Positions 57,069 through 64,000 of a stretch of 64,000 bases of DNA are shown here, piece after piece. Position numbers and translations under genes: made by a program. The first letter of the stretch is position 1. The number at the start of each line of letters is the position of its first letter. Origin of the DNA: Candidatus Woesearchaeota archaeon. Lineage in GTDB: Archaea; Nanobdellota; Nanobdellia; Pacearchaeales; GW2011-AR1. The notes under the pieces were generated by a model. That model was not told the DNA's origin, did not search any database, and worked only from the letters and a program-made list of their open reading frames with translations. Where the stretch lies: assembly GCA_964639615.1 (NCBI GenBank), contig CAZXHH010000001.1, positions 68,092-132,091 of the forward strand, read 5' to 3'.

Positions 57069-58070
57069 ATGACAATCGTTTTAGGAATTGAATCAACTGC
57101 ACATACATTTGGAATTGGTATTGTTAAAGATGGAAAAATATTAGTAAATATAAGAGATATGTATACTACTGAAAAAGGTGGAATAATTCCTTCTGAATCT
57201 GCAAAGCATCATGCAAAAGTCTCTCATGAATTATATTCTAAAGCTCTTGAAACTTCTGGGATTAAAGAAGATGAAATTAATGCAATTTCATTTTCACAGG
57301 GACCAGGACTTGCTCCTTGTCTTCTTGAAGGAATGAGATTTGCAAAAGAACTTGCAATTAGATTAAAAAAACCTCTTGTAGGAGTTAATCATTGCGTTGC
57401 ACATTTAGAAGTTGGTGCAATAACAGGTGCAAAAGATCCTGTTATGCTTTATGCATCTGGTGCAAACACTCAAGTAATTGCTTATGCATCTGGAAAATAC
57501 AGAGTATTTGGAGAGACATTAGATGTTGGTGTTGGAAATTTTATAGATAATTTCGCGAGGTATGCAGGAATAGGATTTCCCGGAGGACCTATAATTGAAA
57601 AACTTTCAAAGGAGGGTAAAAATTTGATTGAACTTCCTTATAAAGTAAAGGGGATGGATGTTGCACTTTCTGGAATTCTTACAAATTTAAAACAAAAAGT
57701 AGAATCAAAAAAATATTCCATTGAAGATTTATCTTTTTCTCTTCAGGAAACTGTTTTTGCAATGCTTGTCGAGACAGCTGAAAGGGCTCTTGCACATACA
57801 GGAAAAAATGAACTTTTGCTTGGGGGAGGAGTAGCTTGCAATTCGAGACTTCAAGAAATGTGCAGAATTATGTGTGAAGAACGTGAAGAGAAAACAAATT
57901 TCTTTTGCCCTGAAAGAGGCGTCCTAGTAGATAATGGAGCAATGATTGCATATTTAGGAGAAATTATGTTTAATACAAAAAAGATTCCTTTTTCTAAAGA
58001 AGAAATTGAGAAAATTGACATAAGATCTTCTGAAAGAACAGATGATATAAATGCATATTGGAAAAAGTAA
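57069..58070 (+). CDS. kae1: tRNA N6-adenosine threonylcarbamoyltransferase Kae1
   Basis: TIVLGIESTAHTFGIGIV, HCVAHLE metal-binding His pair, ASGANTQ; 333 aa. Confidence 0.85.
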   Translation: MTIVLGIESTAHTFGIGIVKDGKILVNIRDMYTTEKGGIIPSESAKHHAKVSHELYSKALETSGIKEDEINAISFSQGPGLAPCLLEGMRFAKELAIRLKKPLVGVNHCVAHLEVGAITGAKDPVMLYASGANTQVIAYASGKYRVFGETLDVGVGNFIDNFARYAGIGFPGGPIIEKLSKEGKNLIELPYKVKGMDVALSGILTNLKQKVESKKYSIEDLSFSLQETVFAMLVETAERALAHTGKNELLLGGGVACNSRLQEMCRIMCEEREEKTNFFCPERGVLVDNGAMIAYLGEIMFNTKKIPFSKEEIEKIDIRSSERTDDINAYWKK

Positions 58071-58100
58071 TTTTAAAAAGATAATTCCTATTAATATAGA

Positions 58101-58823
58101 ATGAATAAAAGGGGTTCTCAGGTTGAAATGGTAATTTCATTTATGATATTCATAACTTTCTTATTTTTTGTTTTTGCAGCTGCAAAAAATCCATTTGGAA
58201 TAAAAAATGATAAGGAAGGTCTGTTAGAATATGTGGATTTGCAAATTCAAGAACTAGCTTCAGCAGATTTAGAGACAGTTACTATTAATCTTTTAACTCC
58301 AACGGTGCAAAACTGTATTGAATTGGATGATGCAATTTTAGATTTAAATATTAATTCTGGATTTTCCAAAGGAAGTACTGGATTAAACTACAATATTTAT
58401 ATCTCCTCTAGTGATCCGAATGATTTGAGGATTATGAGAACAGGAATTTCTGATAATTTTATAAAAATTTATTCTTCCCCTGTCTTTGAATCGCTTCAGA
58501 TAAATTCTGATGCTTGCCAGATATTAATTCCGGATGTAAATTATGAAATCGGTTTTACAAAAACTCAAAGATATATTTTTCAGGATGAAGTTCTAAGTTT
58601 AATTTCTCAATATCCTTCTAGTTATGAAACACTAAAGACAAATTTGAAAATTCCAAAAGGAACTAATTTCGGATATGGTCTTAAATTGGCAAATGGAACT
58701 ATATTTGAAACTCATGGAGAGGAAGATTCTTCTAATAGCATATACATAAGTGAAAATCCTGTATTTTATGTTGATGATAAAGGAAATATTTTGGCTGGAT
58801 ATCTGAGGGCAAAAATATGGTAA
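58101..58823 (+). CDS. Pilin-like secreted protein (class III signal peptide-like)
   Basis: MNKRGSQVEMVISFMIFITFLFFVFAAA. Confidence 0.4.
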   Translation: MNKRGSQVEMVISFMIFITFLFFVFAAAKNPFGIKNDKEGLLEYVDLQIQELASADLETVTINLLTPTVQNCIELDDAILDLNINSGFSKGSTGLNYNIYISSSDPNDLRIMRTGISDNFIKIYSSPVFESLQINSDACQILIPDVNYEIGFTKTQRYIFQDEVLSLISQYPSSYETLKTNLKIPKGTNFGYGLKLANGTIFETHGEEDSSNSIYISENPVFYVDDKGNILAGYLRAKIW

Positions 58824-59272
58824 AAGACTTTCTTAAACAAAAAAAAGCATGGATTAAACTAATGGAAGTTTTCCTATCTATAGTTCTTATTATAGGAATT
58901 GTTTTAGTGCTTCCAAATGTGAATAATTTTTCAGGAGAAAAAGCTCAAAGAGAAGAGATATTCTCTAAAGAAGTTGCAATACTAAGAGATGTTCAACTAA
59001 ATGATACACTTAGAACAGAAATTTTTTCTGCTGGACTTCCTCCAATAGAGTGGCAGGGATTTGAAACTTCTCTTCCATTAACGCAAGCAAGAATCATTGC
59101 TTTAACTCCCTCGAATTATAAATGTGAAGCAAAAATATGTGATTTGACTAGCTCTTGTATTTTAGAAATAAATTCAAAGAATAGTGTATATGCCCAGGCA
59201 GTAGTCTTCTCTGCAGATAGTACAACTTACTCTCCCAGACAATTAAAATTATTCTGTAGTCAAAAGGAATAA
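58817..59272 (+). CDS. Pilin-like secreted protein
   Basis: KKAWIKLMEVFLSIVLIIGIVLVL; overlaps upstream gene stop. Confidence 0.4.
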   Translation: MVKDFLKQKKAWIKLMEVFLSIVLIIGIVLVLPNVNNFSGEKAQREEIFSKEVAILRDVQLNDTLRTEIFSAGLPPIEWQGFETSLPLTQARIIALTPSNYKCEAKICDLTSSCILEINSKNSVYAQAVVFSADSTTYSPRQLKLFCSQKE

Positions 59273-59400
59273 TTTTAATTGAATTTTATATGAAAACAAT
59301 TGTTATCAAATAATCCCCATCAATCGATTATCATAACCCTTAATTAATTATTCAGATTAATAAATATCTTCGTTAACTAAACTCTCTTTAACACAAAAAA

Positions 59401-60540
59401 TCATCCTTTCCAATTTATTAATGGGACAATATGTCTTAGAACTTTAACACTGCTTTTTTGCATTCCAATTACTTTATGAATATCTTTGTATGCTCTTGGA
59501 GCTTCATCTATAATTTTTTCTGAAACTGTTCCTTTAATTCCACTCATACTTTTTTTAAATTCTTCAATAGAAATTTTTTCTCTTGCTTCTTTTCTGCTAA
59601 GAGCTCTTCCTGCTCCATGAGAAGAGGAATTTAAAAATTTTGAATTACCTAATCCCTCAACTAAAAAAGACCCGTCTCTCATATTTCCTGGTATAACTCC
59701 TCTTTCTCCTTTTTTTGCTGGAGTGGCTCCTTTTCTATGTATAAAAAATCCTTTTTCATAAATTGCATGATTATGATTTTTGTTTACCCACAATTCTGTT
59801 TTAATTTTCTCTCCTAAAATTTGCTCTAAAACTTCAATTACTTTGTAGCTCATTTCTAATCTATTCAGCAAAGCATATTCTAATGCAAAATTTAAAACAT
59901 TAAGATACTCTTTTCCTAATTTAGAATTTGCTTCTAAAGGATATGTTTTTTCATAATCTTTTTTGCTGTTAGAAGCTGAAATCATATATCTTTCTGCTAA
60001 ATCGTGACCTAAACCTCTGCTTCCAGAATGAATAATTAACCAAACTTCTTTTTTTGAAAACCCCAATTCTATAAAATGATTTCCTCCCCCTAAAGTTCCC
60101 AAATGTTTTGTAGCTGAATTTTTAATAAAACTTAGAATATCTTTATTGTATTCTCCTTTTTCAAATTCTTCAATTAATTCCTTGAGCTTTTTCTTTGTCT
60201 TTTCTGATATTTTGTTTTTATCTGCAGTATTTCCAAGTCCCATTGGTATTTTTTTTAGGACTTCTGTGTAAATTTTATCTGTATTTTTCTTGACTTTTTC
60301 AAGAATATCCTTCCCTTTTATCCTAACAGCAATCATACCGCAACCAATATCAAATCCTACCCAAGAAGGCACAATATAATCTTTAGTCTCCAAAACAGCA
60401 CCTATTGGTGCCACATATCCTTTATGGGCATCTGGCATTAAAGCTGCAGCTGTGACAAATTTCTCTGAGTAACATTCTTTAAACTGACGTAAAGTTTCCT
60501 CATCTGCATTTAAAGAGTAATCAAAGATTTTCTTTTCCAT
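59401..60540 (-). CDS. rtcB: RtcB-family RNA ligase (short form)
   Basis: PDAHKGYVAPIG, GGGNHF, HNHA, IPGNMRDGSF, HGAGR conserved RtcB motifs. Confidence 0.75.
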   Translation of the reverse strand: MEKKIFDYSLNADEETLRQFKECYSEKFVTAAALMPDAHKGYVAPIGAVLETKDYIVPSWVGFDIGCGMIAVRIKGKDILEKVKKNTDKIYTEVLKKIPMGLGNTADKNKISEKTKKKLKELIEEFEKGEYNKDILSFIKNSATKHLGTLGGGNHFIELGFSKKEVWLIIHSGSRGLGHDLAERYMISASNSKKDYEKTYPLEANSKLGKEYLNVLNFALEYALLNRLEMSYKVIEVLEQILGEKIKTELWVNKNHNHAIYEKGFFIHRKGATPAKKGERGVIPGNMRDGSFLVEGLGNSKFLNSSSHGAGRALSRKEAREKISIEEFKKSMSGIKGTVSEKIIDEAPRAYKDIHKVIGMQKSSVKVLRHIVPLINWKG

Positions 60541-60655
60541 AAATAGAACTTGCTTTCAAAACTTATAAAATGTTCGAATTACTGTAAAAATGGCTAAAAA
60601 TGGGTATTTAAGGGTATACAGAAACCTTTAAATATAACTACTACATAGTTACAAT

Positions 60656-62398
60656 ATGGTAAAAGCAGGTAAAACTTTAGGAAATTTCTTTCGTGCAGGA
60701 GCATTCTTTTTAGCTAGTGCTTTAATTCCAGCTTGTACTAGCTGTGAAAAAGAGAATTTTCCTCCTGTAGCAGGTATAGAAGTAAGCCCAAAATCAGGTG
60801 AAATCCCTCTTGAAGTGAGAGTAAAAGTCACAGGAACAGATGTAGATGGTGTAGGAGACATAAAATCATATAATCTATTTGTGAACAATGAGAAAATAAA
60901 AAGAAGTTATCCAATTGATACTACAATTACATTTACAGAATCTGGAATTGTAAATGTATATGGGCAAGTAGTTGATTCAAAAAATCAAAGTGATATGACA
61001 GAAACAAATTCTATTGAAGTTTATGGAAAGCATTTTATAGACCAATCTGCTAGCTTAACCGACGATGTAAATATAAAATATGATGCAACTCTTTTTAGAG
61101 TTCCCGAAGCAGAATTAAAAATAAAAAAAGATGGAACAGATTTTATAACAAAAAAAATAACAGATGTTAATCAAACTGGAAAGGATTATGAAAAAACTTT
61201 CACTTCATCTGATGGATTAACAAAAGGAGATTATGAATTTACATTAAAATCTGAAGATTTGGAAAAGAAATCTTCTGTTAATATTCCTAATTATAAACCA
61301 ACTGTAAGCCAAACCTCTCCTGTAAATTTTGATGAAGAAACAGATACAACAGCCTTGCTAAAATCTGATTTTAAAGATAAAAATCTTGAAGATATTAGTA
61401 ATATTAATTATACAAAAGTCACATCTATAGACGGAAAAACAAAAGCTACACTATTGCCTGGAAATAAATTGAAAATAGAAGGACTTCCAAATCAAACTGG
61501 AGCTTATCAAATTGAAATTGAATTTGGAAGTGAAACAGGAGGACTTGAAAAAACAGTTTTAACAGGGAATATAATTGAAGATAAAAGAATAGAAATTAAT
61601 CCTTTTGTTCAACCAAATGACAGCACATTGAATTGGTATGGTTCTGGAGATGTTGATAATAATAATATAGTAAATTCTCAAGATGCAACAAAAATAACTG
61701 AATTAATAAATGGAACTTATTCAAATCCTTCTGATTTAAGATTAAAAGATAGAGCAGATGTTAATGGAGATGGTGTTGTAAATAATCAAGATAAACAACT
61801 TCTTGAAAATAAATTAAATGGTATAATACCTTATCTGCCAGGAGAGTGGAATAAACTGCAAACTCGTGCAGAAAGAGAAGATTGGCTTAAGAAGATGCTT
61901 AAGATTGATGAAGTTAGTGAAATTTCACCATTTCCTGGATGGGATTGCACGCAATATGCTACACAAACTTTTATTAATTTTCATGGAGTTGGAAATCCAA
62001 CAGATATAACAAGATTTTTAGAAGCTTATCCTTATGATTTTTCAAAAAACGGAAGATTTAATTTGCCGTTGTATAAATTAAGCATAATTGAATTTGATTT
62101 AAATGATAAAATAATTTCTGGACATGCAATGAACACAATAGCATTGGGAAATAATATATTAAATTGGAATGATTTATGTAATGTTGAACCTCAATTTAAT
62201 CAAATAAATGTTCAACCAGGAGAAGCTTATCTAATTGGAATAAATTCAAGTTTATATATAAAAGGTACACCTACAAAACTAAAAGTTGGGGAAGATGTTA
62301 ATTTAAGCGAATTTATTAAATATTTAATCAAAAATAAAATTCTTAGCGATGGAATAATTTTAAATAATCCAAATCTAAAAATAATAACTCAAAGATAA
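60656..62398 (+). CDS. Secreted lipoprotein-like protein: beta-sandwich (PKD-like) repeats, two dockerin-like Ca-binding repeats, C-terminal transglutaminase-like Cys peptidase domain
   Basis: Signal LASALIPACTSC; DVDNNNIVNSQD and DVNGDGVVNNQD dockerin-type loops; GWDCTQYA (Cys), SGHAMN (His), NWNDLC (Asp) in transglutaminase-like order. Confidence 0.5.
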   Translation: MVKAGKTLGNFFRAGAFFLASALIPACTSCEKENFPPVAGIEVSPKSGEIPLEVRVKVTGTDVDGVGDIKSYNLFVNNEKIKRSYPIDTTITFTESGIVNVYGQVVDSKNQSDMTETNSIEVYGKHFIDQSASLTDDVNIKYDATLFRVPEAELKIKKDGTDFITKKITDVNQTGKDYEKTFTSSDGLTKGDYEFTLKSEDLEKKSSVNIPNYKPTVSQTSPVNFDEETDTTALLKSDFKDKNLEDISNINYTKVTSIDGKTKATLLPGNKLKIEGLPNQTGAYQIEIEFGSETGGLEKTVLTGNIIEDKRIEINPFVQPNDSTLNWYGSGDVDNNNIVNSQDATKITELINGTYSNPSDLRLKDRADVNGDGVVNNQDKQLLENKLNGIIPYLPGEWNKLQTRAEREDWLKKMLKIDEVSEISPFPGWDCTQYATQTFINFHGVGNPTDITRFLEAYPYDFSKNGRFNLPLYKLSIIEFDLNDKIISGHAMNTIALGNNILNWNDLCNVEPQFNQINVQPGEAYLIGINSSLYIKGTPTKLKVGEDVNLSEFIKYLIKNKILSDGIILNNPNLKIITQR

Positions 62399-62455
62399 TT
62401 TCAATTTAATAATAATAGAAAAACATTTATAAAACTCAATATATTGTATTAGTTA

Positions 62456-64000
62456 ATGGTTAAGAGAGGTGTAAGTAATATTTTTTTATTTGTATTTTCA
62501 ATATTCTCATTTATTTTTATTTTAAATTTTGCAACTAGTGCTTGCACTGGAACTCTAAATTGTGGTTTCATAACAGATTCAACGCAGTGCAATACAGAAT
62601 ATGGTGGTGTCTGTCATTGGGACGGTTCTAGTTGTGTAAGTAATTCTGGAGCTACTTGTGCTGATGTTACATCTACATGTGGAACTGTTGGATGCAGCGG
62701 GGGAGGATGTACAAGTGGGGCCTGTTGTGATACTTCAACTGGTCTTTTCAGACCTTCTTATTTTGCTTGTGCTACATTAAATTCTTTTTATTCATGTGCT
62801 GATGGAAATACAATAAAAATCGAGGGAACAACACAATATTGCACTGGAAGTTCTGCTACATGCGATGGTGCAAAAGTTTGGGAAGTATTTGGAACTTATC
62901 CAGATACTTGCACTAGTTATGGGGGATGTGATCAAACTCTTTTTTATCCTAATGCTTGTGTTTGTGCTAGTACTATGATAGAACCCCCTTCAATTTCTTC
63001 TTGTTCAAGCTGTTCTTCAATTGGCAGTCCTGGATGTATAGGTCTTTGTTCTGATAGTGACGGAGGCCAAAATTATCTTCAACAAGGAATAACTTCAGAT
63101 CCTTATTCAACTGTTACGGATTCATGTAGTGGTGGACAATTAGCAGAATACTGGTGCGCTACACCATATGAATCTACTGGAAATTTCTTTTCTTGTTCTA
63201 CACTCTTTGGCTCTTCTCAATATTCTTGTTTAAATGGAGCTTGCATTTGCACTCCTAATTGTGTTGGAAAAAATTGTGGTAGTGATGGATGTGGGGGATT
63301 TTGTGGGGCTAGTGGAAATTGCCCCCCAGGACAAACCTGTACTTCTGGAGTTTGTGGGGCTCCTCCTTGCGTTCCTGCTTGTTATGATGGAAAAGTTTGT
63401 GGGGATGATGGATGTGGAGGAGAGTGTCTTCCAGGATGTTCTTCTGGATATACTTGCAATGCACTTGGACAGTGTGTTTGCTCTGAAACCTGTTCTTCAT
63501 TAGGATATGAATGTGATTTACAAAGTGTTTGTGGTTCTATGGCGTATTGCGGAAGTTGTGGGTCTGGAGAAGAGTGCAATGGAGGATTATGCGTTCCTGA
63601 AACTACTTTCTGCGGTGATGGAAGTTGTAATGGTGTTGAAACTTGTACAACTTGCGCTTCTGATTGTGGGTCTTGCGCAGCAATAGACACTTATTGGGTA
63701 ATAGATAGTTATGAAAAAAATACAGGGGATATTGTAAAAATAAGAAGTGGAAGTTCTATTGTTATGTATGTCCAAGATGATTTTGGATATTCTGCTGGAT
63801 ATAATAATGTAAGATTTAATATTTTTAAAGAAGGAAGTAGCACACCTCTTAATTCAAATCCAATTACAGGGTTTGTAGATAGTTATGGTAGAATTGGCTC
63901 AAATTGGTATTATGTTGATTCATCTTTTTTAACTGCTCTTGGTTCAGGAGGGAATGTTTATTTTGTTATGTCAATTCCTGGAACTTCAATTTCAATAACA
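62456..64000 (+). CDS. Secreted cysteine-rich repeat protein, 3' end beyond window
   Basis: Hand translation from ATG 62456: signal peptide IFLFVFSIFSFIFILNFATSA, then >60 Cys in 515 aa with repeated NCGSDGCGGFCG / VCGDDGCGGEC modules; no stop before window end (not in ORF track). Confidence 0.55.
   Translation, partial: MVKRGVSNIFLFVFSIFSFIFILNFATSACTGTLNCGFITDSTQCNTEYGGVCHWDGSSCVSNSGATCADVTSTCGTVGCSGGGCTSGACCDTSTGLFRPSYFACATLNSFYSCADGNTIKIEGTTQYCTGSSATCDGAKVWEVFGTYPDTCTSYGGCDQTLFYPNACVCASTMIEPPSISSCSSCSSIGSPGCIGLCSDSDGGQNYLQQGITSDPYSTVTDSCSGGQLAEYWCATPYESTGNFFSCSTLFGSSQYSCLNGACICTPNCVGKNCGSDGCGGFCGASGNCPPGQTCTSGVCGAPPCVPACYDGKVCGDDGCGGECLPGCSSGYTCNALGQCVCSETCSSLGYECDLQSVCGSMAYCGSCGSGEECNGGLCVPETTFCGDGSCNGVETCTTCASDCGSCAAIDTYWVIDSYEKNTGDIVKIRSGSSIVMYVQDDFGYSAGYNNVRFNIFKEGSSTPLNSNPITGFVDSYGRIGSNWYYVDSSFLTALGSGGNVYFVMSIPGTSISIT

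Noticed and set aside
63234-63775. Several 60-100-aa ORFs on both strands near the window end
   Set aside because: Out of frame or antisense to the long open Cys-rich frame starting at 62456. Codon repetitiveness of the Cys/Gly-rich gene generates spurious ORFs.
1-64000. CRISPR arrays, rRNA genes, integrase/transposase genes
   Set aside because: Scanned intergenic regions and repeats. No regularly spaced direct repeats, no rRNA-like conserved blocks, and no ORF with integrase or transposase motifs were seen.

Overview
AT-rich (~30% GC) archaeal chromosome segment, gene-dense on both strands. Archaeal signatures: archaeal-type TyrRS and TrpRS, Kae1, diphthine synthase, archaeal DtdA, RNase HII, tRNAs without encoded CCA, Shine-Dalgarno sites, and many proteins with class III (pilin-like) signal peptides. 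The small genes, secreted nucleases and host-wall-hydrolase-like genes fit a DPANN-type, possibly episymbiotic, lifestyle; this is inference. Housekeeping content: SMC (partial), rnhB, ileS, argS, tyrS, trpS, prs, trxA/trxB, dph5, dtdA, dus, kae1, rtcB, ychF, speH, four tRNAs (initiator Met-CAT, Ser-GCT, Leu-TAA, Arg-GCG) and a candidate SRP RNA. Accessory content is concentrated in a cell-surface and host-interaction repertoire. (1) A type IV pilus / Tad-like locus at 36.5-44.7 kb has six tandem pilin-like genes, an assembly ATPase and two T2SSF platform proteins. One pilin carries a ~330-aa cysteine-rich tandem-repeat ectodomain and is followed by a paralog lacking it. (2) A second cysteine-rich secreted protein with related CG-x-DGCGG-x-CG modules runs off the window end. 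(3) A 1340-aa cadherin-like surface protein with a C-terminal anchor. (4) Two secreted/anchored SNase nucleases next to prs. (5) A membrane-anchored SLT lytic transglycosylase and a secreted dockerin/PKD/transglutaminase-like cysteine peptidase. (6) An HNH-nuclease / charged-helix / TM / ectodomain protein next to tRNA-Leu, which has a 12-bp duplication of its 3' end nearby. Other items: an ion-homeostasis cluster (P-type ATPase, CaCA exchanger, MscL), an N-glycosylation cluster (GT2, GtrA, large membrane GT), an ApbE plus NOX-like flavoprotein pair, a SET-domain protein, and a triple AGTACT palindrome operator-like element over the trxA promoter. No CRISPR array, rRNA or clear transposon/integrase was seen.
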